Positions 9,608-19,880 of a DNA stretch of 64,000 bases are shown in pieces. The stretch comes from Fluviibacter sp. (lineage in GTDB: Bacteria > Pseudomonadota > Gammaproteobacteria > Burkholderiales > Rhodocyclaceae), in contig JBLIZO010000015.1 of NCBI GenBank assembly GCA_048859965.1, forward strand, positions 3,127 to 67,126, read 5' to 3'. The notes under the pieces are model-generated. The model was given only the letters and a program-made list of their open reading frames with translations. It had not been told where the DNA came from and did no database searches. The position numbers and the translations under genes were made by a program. Position 1 is the stretch's first letter; each line of letters opens with the position of its first letter.

Positions 9608-10993
9608 ATGAAACCCGAACCGATGGCCGATCCGACACCCACCAACGAACACCTCTTTGCCCACAGCCGCGAAGCACTGACCGCAATTGCCGACGATCTG
9701 CTATCGATCGCGCGCCAGAATGGCGCCAGCGCCTCCGAAGTGGAGATTTCCGAAGGCTTTGGTCAGAGCGTCAACGTGCGTCAGGGCGAGGTGGAAACGA
9801 TCGAGCATCATCGCGATAAGCAGATTGGCGTGACCGTCTATCTGGGGCAACGCAAAGGTTATGCCTCGACCAGCGATTTTTCACGCGATGCGTTGCAGGC
9901 AACAGTACGCGCCGCGCTGGATATCGCCAAATTCACAGCCGAAGACCCCTGTGCCGGTCTGCCGGATGAAAACCTGCTCATGCTGGGCGTCGCTCCGGAT
10001 CTGGACCTGTACCATCCATGGACGCCGTCGGTGGAAACTGCGGTCAACCTCGCGCGCGAATGCGAAGCTGCCGGCCTGGCGTTGGGGCCCGTGATCCAGA
10101 ATTCCGAAGGCGCATCGGTGTCCACGCATCAGGGCCATTTCATCATGGCCAACAGCCTGGGTTTTATGGCGGGGTATCCGACCAGCCGACATAGCGTGGG
10201 GTGTGCCCTGATCGCGGCCGATGCGCATGGTATGCAGCGTGACGACTGGTATGAATCCGTGCGTGATGCAGCGTTGTTGCCATCGGTGGCCGACATCGGT
10301 TTGAAGGCTGCGCAGCGTGCTGCGGCACGGTTGGGGGCACGTCAGTGTCCGACCGGTGAAGTGCCGGTGATTTTCGAGGCGCCGCTGGCGTCAACCATCG
10401 TCGGTAATCTGGTACATGCCGCATCCGGTGGCGCGCTGTATCGCAAGAGTTCGTTTCTGGAAGGGGCTCTCGGTAAGAAAATTCTGCCTGAATTCGTGGT
10501 GCTGGAGGAGCGGCCGCTGTTGCGCGGCGGTCAGGCCAGCGCACCGTTTGATAGCGATGGTCTGCCGACGTGTGACCGCGATGTGATTCGCGACGGTGTT
10601 CTGAACGGCTATTTCCTCTCCGTATATTCGGCGCGCAAATTGGGCATGGCCCCGACGGCCAATGGCGGTGGCAGTCATAACCTCTTTATGCGTGATACCC
10701 GTAGTGGTCATGCTGACCTTGCCGCGCTCATGAAAACCATGGGGCGTGGCTTGCTCGTTACTGAGTTGCTGGGGCAGGGGGTTAACTATGTGAATGGGGA
10801 TTATTCGCGTGGGGCGGCGGGTTTCTGGGTCGAAAATGGCGAGATTGCCTACCCGGTCGAAGAAATCACCATTGCCGGTAACATGAATGAGATGCTGGCC
10901 GGGATCGTCGCTATTGCGGATGACCGTCTGGCGCGCAGCGCCAAACAATCCGGTGCGATTCTGATCGATCGCATGATGGTGGCGGGCGCCTGA
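9608..10993 (+). CDS. pmbA: Metalloprotease subunit PmbA/TldE
   Basis: VRQGEVETIE, SAPFDSDG, GDYSRGAAGFWVENGEI.YPVEEITIAGN; start uncertain (9608/9623). Confidence 0.92.
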   Translation: MKPEPMADPTPTNEHLFAHSREALTAIADDLLSIARQNGASASEVEISEGFGQSVNVRQGEVETIEHHRDKQIGVTVYLGQRKGYASTSDFSRDALQATVRAALDIAKFTAEDPCAGLPDENLLMLGVAPDLDLYHPWTPSVETAVNLARECEAAGLALGPVIQNSEGASVSTHQGHFIMANSLGFMAGYPTSRHSVGCALIAADAHGMQRDDWYESVRDAALLPSVADIGLKAAQRAAARLGARQCPTGEVPVIFEAPLASTIVGNLVHAASGGALYRKSSFLEGALGKKILPEFVVLEERPLLRGGQASAPFDSDGLPTCDRDVIRDGVLNGYFLSVYSARKLGMAPTANGGGSHNLFMRDTRSGHADLAALMKTMGRGLLVTELLGQGVNYVNGDYSRGAAGFWVENGEIAYPVEEITIAGNMNEMLAGIVAIADDRLARSAKQSGAILIDRMMVAGA

Positions 10994-11646
10994 TGCGCTG
11001 TTGCTTTGTCCGGCATGGCGAGACGCCCTGGAACGCCGAGCGTCGCCTGCAGGGGCATCGGGATATTCCGCTGAATGCGTTGGGGCTGGCACAGGCCGAA
11101 GCGGCCGCCCGTTATCTGGCGAAACGCCATGCACAAATACCCTTTCAGGCGATTGTCAGCAGCGATTTGCAACGTGCCCGGCAGACGGCGGACGCCATCG
11201 GCAACGCACTGTCGCTACCGGTGCAGGCCGAACCGGGCCTGCGTGAGCGCCATTATGGCGATTTCGAGGGTAAAACGCCCGCTGAAGCTCGAGCGTTTGC
11301 CGAAATCGCCTATGATGCGCTGGTCAGACGCGATGATTTGGCGGCCGCGCCGGGCAATGCCGAGCCGTTGGCCGATATGGTGGCCCGCATTGAGACCTGT
11401 CTGCACGCCTTGGCGGTCACCTATGCCGCGCAATCCGTCGTGCTGGTCACCCATGGCGGGGTGCTGGATGTGCTGTACCGTCGGGCAATAGGGCGCGAAC
11501 TGACGGGCCCGCGCGATGCACCGATTCCCAATGCCGGCCTGAATTGGCTGGACTTGAGCCTGGCGGGTGACCGGTTGCGTTGGACGCTGGTGGCATGGGG
11601 CGAAACGGTGCATCTGGAAGACGCCAGCCTGGACGAAATCCTGTAA
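10993..11646 (+). CDS. Histidine phosphatase family protein
   Basis: RHGETPWN, SSDLQRARQTA, VTHGG; TGATG coupling with pmbA. Confidence 0.88.
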   Translation: MRCCFVRHGETPWNAERRLQGHRDIPLNALGLAQAEAAARYLAKRHAQIPFQAIVSSDLQRARQTADAIGNALSLPVQAEPGLRERHYGDFEGKTPAEARAFAEIAYDALVRRDDLAAAPGNAEPLADMVARIETCLHALAVTYAAQSVVLVTHGGVLDVLYRRAIGRELTGPRDAPIPNAGLNWLDLSLAGDRLRWTLVAWGETVHLEDASLDEIL

Positions 11647-11733
11647 AATCACGGCTTTGAACGTTTGGCTCAGGTCGGCGGTTGCTGGCGACGGGCTATG
11701 CGTTTTCGCCGTTACTGATTGCCGAGGTTTCTT

Positions 11734-12984
11734 ATGTTCTCCGCCCGCGACACCCTGCAGCAAGTTGATCCCGAACTCTGGAAAGCCATCGAGGCCGAAG
11801 ATCGCCGTCAGGAAGATCACATTGAGCTGATTGCTTCCGAAAATTATGTTTCGTGCGCCGTCATGCAGGCCCAAGGCTCGCAGCTCACGAACAAATACGC
11901 CGAGGGCTATCCGGGCAAGCGTTACTACGGTGGCTGCGAACATGTCGATGTGGTCGAGCAGATCGCGATTGATCGTCTGAAGGCGCTGTATGGCGCCGAC
12001 GCCGCCAATGTGCAGCCGAACTCGGGCTCACAGGCTAACCAGGCCGTGCTGATGGCGTTTGCCAAACCGGGCGACACCATCTTGGGTATGAGCCTCGCCG
12101 AAGGTGGCCACCTGACTCATGGTATGGCGCTGAATATGTCGGGCAAGTGGTTCAATGCCGTGTCCTACGGACTGAACGAAAAAGAAGAGATCGACTACGA
12201 CCAGCTCGAAAAACTGGCACGTGAACATAAGCCGAAGATCATCGTCGCGGGTGCGTCGGCCTATGCGCTGCGTATCGATTTCGAGCGTTTTGCCAAGATC
12301 GCCAAGGAAGTGGGCGCCATCATGTGGGTGGACATGGCGCACTACGCCGGTTTGATCGCGGCCGGTTACTATCCGAACCCCGTGCCGCATGCCGATGTGG
12401 TCACCACCACCACGCACAAGACGCTGCGCGGTCCGCGCGGCGGCGCCATCCTGATGAAGGCCGAGCACGAGAAGGCCATCAATTCGGCGATCTTCCCGGG
12501 TCTGCAGGGGGGGCCGCTCATGCACGTGATCGCCGCCAAGGCCACCGCATTCCACGAAGCGGCAACCCAGGGCTTCAAGGATTATCAGGAGCAGGTACTT
12601 AACAATGCCCGCGTGATGGCGCGGGTGCTGGGTGAAGAGCGTGGTCTGCGCGTCGTATCGGGACGTACCGAGAGCCATGTCTTCCTGCTGGATCTGCGTA
12701 ATAAGAATATCACCGGTAAGGATGCCGAAGCGGCACTCGGCCGTGCGCACATTACCGTGAACAAGAACGGTATCCCGAATGACCCGCAAAAGCCGTTTGT
12801 GACCTCGGGCATCCGCATCGGTTCGCCGGCGATGACCACGCGGGGTTTCACTGAGATCGAAGCTGAGCAGATCGCGCATCTGATTGCCGATGTACTGGAT
12901 GCGCCGAACGACGAAGCGGTGCTGGCCAAGGTGCGTGAGCAGGTGTCGGCACTCTGCAAGCGCTTCCCGGTCTACGGTAAGTAA
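11734..12984 (+). CDS. glyA: Serine hydroxymethyltransferase
   Basis: [34 protein letters not shown]; ATG 11734 after gagg. Confidence 0.97.
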   Translation: MFSARDTLQQVDPELWKAIEAEDRRQEDHIELIASENYVSCAVMQAQGSQLTNKYAEGYPGKRYYGGCEHVDVVEQIAIDRLKALYGADAANVQPNSGSQANQAVLMAFAKPGDTILGMSLAEGGHLTHGMALNMSGKWFNAVSYGLNEKEEIDYDQLEKLAREHKPKIIVAGASAYALRIDFERFAKIAKEVGAIMWVDMAHYAGLIAAGYYPNPVPHADVVTTTTHKTLRGPRGGAILMKAEHEKAINSAIFPGLQGGPLMHVIAAKATAFHEAATQGFKDYQEQVLNNARVMARVLGEERGLRVVSGRTESHVFLLDLRNKNITGKDAEAALGRAHITVNKNGIPNDPQKPFVTSGIRIGSPAMTTRGFTEIEAEQIAHLIADVLDAPNDEAVLAKVREQVSALCKRFPVYGK

Positions 12985-13002
12985 CCCCCGGAACGCGGCG
13001 CG

Positions 13003-13458
13003 ATGAAGTGCCCCTTCTGTAGTGCGGACGGGACCACCGTCGTTGAAACGCGCGAATCGGAAGAAGGGCATCTCGTCCGCCGTCGTCGGCGCTGTGGTCA
13101 ATGCGAGAAGCGGTTTACCACGCACGAGCATGCCGAAATCCAGTTTCCCTTTATCGTCAAACGCAACGGTTCGCGCACGGATTTCAGTCACGACAAACTC
13201 GCGGCTTCGTTGCAACTGGCTTTGCGTAAACGCCCGGTGACGGCGGAAGCGATTGATGCCGCTATCTCGCGTATTGAAGAAAAATTACTTGCCCTGGGTG
13301 AGCGTGAAGTGACCTCGCAGCAAGTCGGTGAGCTGGTGATGCGCGAACTCAAGAAAATCGACAAGGTGGCCTACGTGCGCTTTGCTTCGGTCTACCGGAA
13401 CTTTACCGATATCGATGAATTCTCCGAAGTGATTCGCGAGATTTCGCCGACGCTGTAA
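13003..13458 (+). CDS. nrdR: Transcriptional repressor NrdR
   Basis: MKCPFC zinc ribbon, RRRRRC..C.KRFTT, ATP-cone, [10 protein letters not shown]. Confidence 0.96.
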   Translation: MKCPFCSADGTTVVETRESEEGHLVRRRRRCGQCEKRFTTHEHAEIQFPFIVKRNGSRTDFSHDKLAASLQLALRKRPVTAEAIDAAISRIEEKLLALGEREVTSQQVGELVMRELKKIDKVAYVRFASVYRNFTDIDEFSEVIREISPTL

Positions 13459-13488
13459 GTCTCGCGCAAACATCGACGGGTTCAGCCC

Positions 13489-14637
13489 ATGCCCGATGCC
13501 ATACTTCAGATGCCGACCGCAGATGATGCGCGCTGGATGGCGCGCGCATTGCAGTTGGCTGCGAAGGGGTTGATGACCACAGGCGCCAATCCACGTGTGG
13601 GCTGCGTCCTCGTTAGAAACAATCAGGTGATTGGCGAAGGCTGGCATGAGCGTGCCGGTGAAGGCCATGCCGAGGTGATGGCGCTGCACGATGCGGCCCG
13701 ACGTGGCAACAATCCTCTTGGGGCGACGGCTTATGTCACGCTGGAGCCCTGTGCGCATCATGGCAAAACGCCGCCCTGTGCTGAAGGCCTCATTCGAGCC
13801 GGGGTGAAGCGCGTTGTCGCCGCGATGCAAGACCCGAACCCGCTGGTCGCCGGCAAAGGCTTCGCGTTGCTCCAAGCGGCTGGCATTGTGGTTGCTGCCC
13901 CGTTGATGGCGGCCGAGGCTGAAGCCCTGAATGTGGGCTTTGTAAAACGCATGCGCACGGGTATGCCGTGGGTGCGCCTCAAAATGGCCGGCAGTCTGGA
14001 TGGGCGTAGCGCGTTGGCCAATGGGCAGAGCCAATGGATTACAGGCCCGGAGGCGCGTGCCGATGGCCATCGCTTCCGCGCCCGTGCGCAAGCCATCATT
14101 ACCGGCGTGGGGACGCTCATTGAAGACGACCCGCTGCTGACCGTACGTGACGTTGTTGGCCCGATCGGACAAATCACGAGCTTGTCGGTGCCGCTGGTTA
14201 CGCCGCTGCGTGTGGTGCTCGATAGCCGTCTGCGCACGCCGCTGGGCGCTCAAATGTTGCGTGGGGGGTGTCTGATCGCGACCGCCAGCAACGACCCGGC
14301 CAAGACGCAGGCGCTGCAGGCGGCGGGTGCGGAGGTGCTCAGTTTGCCCGGCAAAGACGGAAAGATAGATCTGGCCGATGTGCTGACAACGCTGGCAAAG
14401 CGCGGCGTGAACGAAGTGCATGTGGAGGCCGGTTCAACGCTGAGTGGTATTTTTCTCAAAGCAGGTCTGATCGATGAGCTGCTGCTCTATATGGCACCGA
14501 CCCTGTTGGGTAGTGATGCACGCGGCTGGTTTGACGATCTAAATTTAACGAGCTTGGATCAGAAGACGAATTGGCGGTTCCAGGATGTGCGCATGATCGG
14601 CGCTAATCTCCGCATCATTGCCCGGCCTGCAAAATAG
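13489..14637 (+). CDS. ribD: Riboflavin deaminase/reductase RibD
   Basis: NPRVGCV, HAE, TLEPC.H..KTPPC, SLDGR, WITG. Confidence 0.95.
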   Translation: MPDAILQMPTADDARWMARALQLAAKGLMTTGANPRVGCVLVRNNQVIGEGWHERAGEGHAEVMALHDAARRGNNPLGATAYVTLEPCAHHGKTPPCAEGLIRAGVKRVVAAMQDPNPLVAGKGFALLQAAGIVVAAPLMAAEAEALNVGFVKRMRTGMPWVRLKMAGSLDGRSALANGQSQWITGPEARADGHRFRARAQAIITGVGTLIEDDPLLTVRDVVGPIGQITSLSVPLVTPLRVVLDSRLRTPLGAQMLRGGCLIATASNDPAKTQALQAAGAEVLSLPGKDGKIDLADVLTTLAKRGVNEVHVEAGSTLSGIFLKAGLIDELLLYMAPTLLGSDARGWFDDLNLTSLDQKTNWRFQDVRMIGANLRIIARPAK

Positions 14638-14654
14638 ATAACTCATTGAATTAG

Positions 14655-14708
14655 TTGACGCTGCGGAGAATAGGCCTGACAATCTCCGCATGAAAAGCGG
14701 AGATTGTC
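14655..14708 (+). promoter_or_regulatory. Sigma70-type promoter of the Fic gene with overlapping inverted-repeat operator
   Basis: TTGACG 14655-60, 17 bp spacer, GACAAT 14678-83; three GCGGAGAWT-like half-sites in alternating orientation. Confidence 0.6.
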
Positions 14709-15802
14709 GTTATATCTGGCAGCAACCTGAGTGGCCGCATTGGTCTTACGAACCCAAGCGGCTAATGCCTTTGCTCGCCCAAGTACATCAGGCACAGGGC
14801 TTGTTGCGCGGGCGGTTGCATGGTCTGGGCATGGATCAGCAAGATCAGGCCAATCTACGGGTGTTGACGGAAGACGTCCTCAAAACCAGCGAAATCGAAG
14901 GCGCCTCGCTCAATCCAGAATCGGTACGCTCATCAATCGCCCGACGCCTCGGTGTTGATATCGGTGCCTTGGCACCGGCAGACCGCCACGTTGAGGGTGT
15001 GGTCGATATGGTGCTGGATGCCACCAGCAACTATCAAACACCGCTAACTGTACAACGCCTCTTTGCCTGGCATGCTGGTATGTTCCCGGCGGGCCAGAGC
15101 GGTCTGAGCAAAATCCGTACGGGGGATTGGCGTGATGATGCGCATGGCCCTATGCAAGTCGTATCAGGACCAATGCATCGACCCAAAGTGCATTTCGAAG
15201 CGCCACCTGCGCAACAGCTAGATGCAGAGGTTAATGACTTCTTGCTTTGGTTCAGTGTGGATCAACAAGATGATCCACTCATCAAAGCCGGGTTGGCGCA
15301 TCTCTGGTTTGTAACCATCCACCCCTTCGACGATGGCAATGGCCGTATCGCACGTGCCGTAGGTGACATGGCGCTGGCCCGAGCAGATCATTCGGCCAAC
15401 AGATTTTATAGTCTGTCATCGCAGATTCAGTTGGAACGCAAAGCCTATTACGATGGTCTGGAACGCACCCAGAAGGGCGACCTAGATGTCACCGAATGGT
15501 TGGCATGGTTCCTCGGTTGTCTGCTGCGTGCCGTTCAAAGATCAGACGAAACACTTTCGTCGGCCTTGGACAAAGCTGCCTTCTGGAAACGCTGGGCAAG
15601 CACGCCTATGAACGAACGTCAGATTAAACTATTGAATCGACTGCTCGATGGTTTCGACGGCAAACTCACCACCAGCAAATGGGCAGCCATTGGCAAGTGT
15701 TCACAGGACACGGCTCATCGCGATATCAAAGACCTAATCGAGAAGGGTATGTTGAAGCAATCAGGTGCTAGTGGGAGAAGTACAAGCTATGAACGAACCT
15801 AG
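14690..15802 (+). CDS. Fic family protein (DUF4172-type N-terminus, C-terminal HTH)
   Basis: YIWQQPEWP N-terminus, TSEIEG inhibitory-helix motif, canonical HPFDDGNGRIAR, C-terminal SQDTAHRDI...GRSTSY. Confidence 0.92.
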   Translation: MKSGDCRYIWQQPEWPHWSYEPKRLMPLLAQVHQAQGLLRGRLHGLGMDQQDQANLRVLTEDVLKTSEIEGASLNPESVRSSIARRLGVDIGALAPADRHVEGVVDMVLDATSNYQTPLTVQRLFAWHAGMFPAGQSGLSKIRTGDWRDDAHGPMQVVSGPMHRPKVHFEAPPAQQLDAEVNDFLLWFSVDQQDDPLIKAGLAHLWFVTIHPFDDGNGRIARAVGDMALARADHSANRFYSLSSQIQLERKAYYDGLERTQKGDLDVTEWLAWFLGCLLRAVQRSDETLSSALDKAAFWKRWASTPMNERQIKLLNRLLDGFDGKLTTSKWAAIGKCSQDTAHRDIKDLIEKGMLKQSGASGRSTSYERT

Positions 15803-15939
15803 TTGTTTTTTGGCCACAAGGGTTTGATTCGACCTGTAACTCCCCAGCGAATTCCATAGAAAAGAATGATGGAAGCAAAAAATAGAATCATCGAGAAATC
15901 TAAATTTGTTGATGTTGCTGCTTGCTTGGGCAAACTCAT
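15799..15939 (-). CDS. Putative 46-aa single-TM small protein or gene remnant
   Basis: Hand translation MSLPKQAATSTNLDFSMILFFASIILFYGIRWGVTGRIKPLWPKNN*; below the ORF-track cutoff; weak RBS. Confidence 0.35.
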   Translation of the reverse strand: MSLPKQAATSTNLDFSMILFFASIILFYGIRWGVTGRIKPLWPKNN

Positions 15940-15968
15940 AAACGTTTTCTTAATTCTCGGCTGTTAGT

Positions 15969-16724
15969 TTAACCTACGTTAGTCTTGTTGCAGTGAAGAC
16001 AGTCAGGGTCTCTGCCGACGCGGCTACTACTCCAGGTGCCGGTGAGCGCGTCATAACGTTGGAGTAGCCCGGTGGCCGGTTGGCCGAATCCGGTAATGAG
16101 TTTGAGGGCTTCGACAACCTGCATGCAGCCGATGATACCGGTGACCGGTGCGAGAATGCCGGTGGTGGCGCAGCGCAGGTCTTCGTCTAGGCCGTCTTCC
16201 GGGTAGAGGCAGGCGTAACAGGGCTTATTCGGTTGGCGTGGATCGACCACAAACAGTTGGCCCGTCAGCTTGATGGCGGCACCGGAAACGAGCGGTTTCT
16301 TGCGGGCGAGGCAGGCACGGTTCAATGCGTAGCGTGTACTGAAATTGTCGCTGCAATCGAGCACGACATCGGCAACCGCAACCGCATCCAGCAGTGCCTG
16401 GCCGTCGAGTCGCGGCAGGGCGCGAACGAGACAGTCGGGATTGGTCTGGGCGAGCGCTTGTTGCGCACTCTGCGTTTTGGCCTGGCCGATGCGGGCGTCG
16501 GTATGCAGAATCTGACGCTGCAGGTTGCTGAGCTCCACCATGTCGCCATCGGCGATGCTGAGTGTGCCGACACCGGCGCTGGCCAGATAGAGCGCCGCGG
16601 GGGAACCGAGGCCACCCGCGCCAACAATCAGGACATGGGCGGCGAGGAGCTTTTCCTGCCCCTCGATGCCGATTTCATCAACCAGTATGTGCCGACTGTA
16701 GCGCAGCAGTTGCTGGTCGTTCAT
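15969..16724 (-). CDS. moeB: MoeB/ThiF family adenylyltransferase
   Basis: RYSRHI, GAGGLG, SNLQRQ, DNFSTR, CYAC and C..C zinc motifs. Confidence 0.88.
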   Translation of the reverse strand: MNDQQLLRYSRHILVDEIGIEGQEKLLAAHVLIVGAGGLGSPAALYLASAGVGTLSIADGDMVELSNLQRQILHTDARIGQAKTQSAQQALAQTNPDCLVRALPRLDGQALLDAVAVADVVLDCSDNFSTRYALNRACLARKKPLVSGAAIKLTGQLFVVDPRQPNKPCYACLYPEDGLDEDLRCATTGILAPVTGIIGCMQVVEALKLITGFGQPATGLLQRYDALTGTWSSSRVGRDPDCLHCNKTNVG

Positions 16725-16730
16725 GGTCGG

Positions 16731-18251
16731 TTATTTGGTCGGGGCGGGTTCCGTCGCGGCAGCGGGCTGTTCGCTGGCCTTGGCGTCTTTGGCAGACTCT
16801 TTGGTTGCGACCGGCGGTTTGCCGCCGAGGCGCTTGAGGGCCTCGATGAACTGACGATCCTTGGCGGTGGTGTAATCGGCAATGGCCAGGCCGGCGAGCT
16901 CGTCGTCCTTGTCTTTATCCTTGCCGTTCGTCTTTCCGTTGGGTTTGTCGGATTTTTTCTCGGCGTCTTTATCCTGATTGTTCATCAGGTGACCATCCAG
17001 ATCGGCTTCGCGGAGCAGGTTGTTCTTCTTCGCACCCGGCACTTCTTCGATTTCGATATCCGGATCGATGCCCTTGGCCTGAATGGAACGGCCGCTCGGC
17101 GTGTAATAGCGTGCGGTGGTCAGTTTGATGGCGGTGTTGCCGGGCAGTGGCAGCACGGTTTGTACCGAACCCTTGCCAAAGGTGCGTGTGCCGATGATGG
17201 TGGCGCGTTTGTAGTCCTGCAGGGCACCAGCGACAATTTCGGAGGCGGAGGCCGAGCCGCCATTGACCAGCACGATCATGGGGACGGTCTTCACGCCGGC
17301 CGGAAGATTGCGGAGTTCATCTTCACGGTTGCGTTGATAGTCTTCGGCCTTGGCGTAGAACTTTTGTTTCGCATCTGCCGCTCGACCATCCGTCGAGACG
17401 ACCAGTTTGTCGGCGGGCAGGAAGGCCGCGGCAACGCCGACCGCCCCGTTGAGCAAGCCGCCCGGGTCGTTACGGAGGTCGAGGATCAACCCCTTGAGCG
17501 GGCCGTTTTTGTAGAGTTGATTGAGAGCATTGGCCAGCATCTCGGTCGTGTTTTCCTGAAACTGGGTGATGCGGATGTAGCCGTAGCCTGGCTCGATCAT
17601 CTTGAATTTGACCGATTGCACCTTGATGATTTCGCGCGTCAATGTGACGATCAGCGGCTTGGTCATGCCTTTGCGGGCGATGGTCAGCGTGACATCGGTT
17701 TTGGGTTTGCCACGCAGCTTTTTGACGGCTTCATTGAGCGTCAGGCCTTTGACCGAGGTGTCACCGATCTTGACGATCAGGTCGCCGGTTTTCAAACCGG
17801 CGCGGGCAGCAGGCGTGTCTTCGATGGGGGCGATGACTTTGACGAAACCGTCTTCCATGCCCACTTCAATGCCCAGGCCGCCGAACTCGCCCTGTGTGCC
17901 GACCTGCAGCTCCTTGAAGGCCTCGGCGTCCAGATAGGTCGAGTGCGGGTCCAGGTTGGTGACCATGCCGGCAATGGCGTTGCTGATCATCTTCTTGTCT
18001 TCGACAGGCTCGACATAGCCCTGCTTGATGGCGTTGAAGACCTCAGCAAAGGTTCGTAGATCCTGAATAGGCAGGCCGGTGGTCGCTTGGCTGGCCGGCG
18101 CCGCTTTTTCGGCAAAGGCCGGGATTTGCAGTGCGATCAGAACCCCGGCCACGACCCCGGCAAGACCGATGCCCGTTGACCGCAGCCAGCCGGGCCGGTT
18201 ACGGCCTGCGTTGTGCGGTTGCTGTTCGGGTTGGCGGGGCATGTGTTCCAT
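16731..18251 (-). CDS. ctpA: S41 carboxyl-terminal processing protease
   Basis: LDPHS, GLGIEV (PDZ), DLRNDPGG, SASASEIVAGALQD, FGKGSVQ. Confidence 0.92.
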   Translation of the reverse strand: MEHMPRQPEQQPHNAGRNRPGWLRSTGIGLAGVVAGVLIALQIPAFAEKAAPASQATTGLPIQDLRTFAEVFNAIKQGYVEPVEDKKMISNAIAGMVTNLDPHSTYLDAEAFKELQVGTQGEFGGLGIEVGMEDGFVKVIAPIEDTPAARAGLKTGDLIVKIGDTSVKGLTLNEAVKKLRGKPKTDVTLTIARKGMTKPLIVTLTREIIKVQSVKFKMIEPGYGYIRITQFQENTTEMLANALNQLYKNGPLKGLILDLRNDPGGLLNGAVGVAAAFLPADKLVVSTDGRAADAKQKFYAKAEDYQRNREDELRNLPAGVKTVPMIVLVNGGSASASEIVAGALQDYKRATIIGTRTFGKGSVQTVLPLPGNTAIKLTTARYYTPSGRSIQAKGIDPDIEIEEVPGAKKNNLLREADLDGHLMNNQDKDAEKKSDKPNGKTNGKDKDKDDELAGLAIADYTTAKDRQFIEALKRLGGKPPVATKESAKDAKASEQPAAATEPAPTK

Positions 18252-18275
18252 GATGGGGTCCTGTGCGGAGAGCGC

Positions 18276-19037
18276 TTACTTCTGTTTGGCCTGCTGGGCG
18301 ACGGCAGCCGCAGCCTTGGCGGCCGCATCCTGGTCCCCCAGATAGTAGCCGCGAATCGGCTTCAGTGTGTCGTCGTCAAGTTCATAGACAAGTGGGATCC
18401 CGGTCGGAATATTCAACTCCACGATGTCGGCATCCGAGATGTTGTCGAGATATTTGACCAGGGCGCGAATCGAGTTGCCGTGGGCGGCCACGATGACACT
18501 CTTGCCGGCTTTGACGGCCGGCGCGATGGTCTCTTCCCAGAACGGTACGAAACGGGCGACGGTGTCTTTCAGGCATTCGGTGAGCGGCAGCTCTTTTTCG
18601 CTGAGGCCCGAGAACTTCTCGGCATAGCGGGCGTCGAAACGCGGGTGACGCGGATCGTCGAAGGCCAGCGCCGGGGGCGGCGTGTCGTAACTGCGGCGCC
18701 AGACCAGCACCTGGTCGTCACCATACTTGGCGGCAGTTTCCGCCTTGTTCAGACCTTGCAGTGCGCCGTAATGGCGTTCATTGAGGCGCCAGTTGCGCTG
18801 AATCGGAATCCACAGACGATCCATTTCTTCCAGCGCCAGCCACAGCGTGCGCATCGCACGCTTGAGCACCGATGAATAAGCCTGGTCGAATTCGAATCCG
18901 GCTTCTTTCATCAGACGGCCGGCCTGCTTGGCTTCTTCAACCCCTTTGTCGGTCAGATCGACATCGGTCCAGCCCGTAAAACGGTTTTCCTTGTTCCACG
19001 AAGATTCGCCGTGGCGCAGCAGCACAATTTTTTTCAT
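18276..19037 (-). CDS. gpmA: 2,3-BPG-dependent phosphoglycerate mutase
   Basis: [31 protein letters not shown]. Confidence 0.96.
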   Translation of the reverse strand: MKKIVLLRHGESSWNKENRFTGWTDVDLTDKGVEEAKQAGRLMKEAGFEFDQAYSSVLKRAMRTLWLALEEMDRLWIPIQRNWRLNERHYGALQGLNKAETAAKYGDDQVLVWRRSYDTPPPALAFDDPRHPRFDARYAEKFSGLSEKELPLTECLKDTVARFVPFWEETIAPAVKAGKSVIVAAHGNSIRALVKYLDNISDADIVELNIPTGIPLVYELDDDTLKPIRGYYLGDQDAAAKAAAAVAQQAKQK

Positions 19038-19155
19038 GGTTTCGCGTCCGTGATTCAATGATTCCGCTATAAAAGCGTTAATCCGCTATTCTATAATGCC
19101 GGAGGCGTTGACTCTAGCGAGCGGCCCCCTGTTCATCGTAATTTTTGGAAAAATC

Positions 19156-19578
19156 ATGGATTTCTTTCTGCAGCCCCTCAATCTGGGCCTTTTGCTCATC
19201 ATGCTGATTTCCGGCGCCCTGCTCGTGCGTCAGGTCGCCAGGCCTGGCGGCAAGGCGGTTTCGCCGCAAGCCGCCATTGCTTTCAAGGATCGTGAGGGCG
19301 GTGTTTTCGTTGATGTACGCGAAGAGCATGAGGTGGCGGTTGGTCACATCAAGGGCAGCGTCCTGATGCCGTTGAAGACCTTGTCGGACAATCTGGCCAA
19401 GCTTGAAAAATACCGTAAGAAACCCGTCGTTGTGGTGTGTGCTGCGGGGCAGCGTTCGGCAGCCGGTTGCCGGATTCTGAACAAGGCGGGGTTCGAGAAT
19501 GTCAGCCAGTTGGACGGCGGTATTCAGGCGTGGGAAAAAGCCGGTCTGCCGCTTCTGCGCGGCTCGACCAAAGATTGA
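19156..19578 (+). CDS. Rhodanese-like membrane-anchored protein
   Basis: N-terminal TM, DVRE, GHI, CAAGQRS, LDGGIQAW; precedes grxC-secB. Confidence 0.88.
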   Translation: MDFFLQPLNLGLLLIMLISGALLVRQVARPGGKAVSPQAAIAFKDREGGVFVDVREEHEVAVGHIKGSVLMPLKTLSDNLAKLEKYRKKPVVVVCAAGQRSAAGCRILNKAGFENVSQLDGGIQAWEKAGLPLLRGSTKD

Positions 19579-19588
19579 GGATATGTTG

Positions 19589-19843
19589 ATGCCTAAAGTC
19601 GTGATGTATTCCACGGCAGTGTGTCCGTACTGCGTGCGTGCCGAGCAGCTTTTGAACAGCAAGGGCGTGACCGAGATCGAGAAGATCCGCGTCGATCTCG
19701 AACCGGAGTTGCGTGAAGCGATGATGGCCAGAACCGGTCGCCGCACGGTGCCCCAGATCTATATCGGTGATACCCACGTTGGCGGTTACGATGATCTGGC
19801 TGCGCTGGACCGTGCCGGTGGCCTGGACCCGCTGCTCAAGTAA
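19589..19843 (+). CDS. grxC: Glutaredoxin 3
   Basis: CPYC, TVPQI, HVGGYDDL. Confidence 0.95.
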   Translation: MPKVVMYSTAVCPYCVRAEQLLNSKGVTEIEKIRVDLEPELREAMMARTGRRTVPQIYIGDTHVGGYDDLAALDRAGGLDPLLK

Positions 19844-19880
19844 ACTTTCAATCGATTTATTACATTTCAAGGATCACCCC

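Noticed and set aside
16233-18059. 608-aa + strand ORF
   Set aside because: Antisense shadow of ctpA/moeB; no motifs; expected from high-GC codon bias.
19063-19089. TCCGCTAT direct repeat (19-bp period) in the gpmA/rhodanese divergent promoter
   Set aside because: Two 8-mers overlapping -10 elements; too short to support an operator call.
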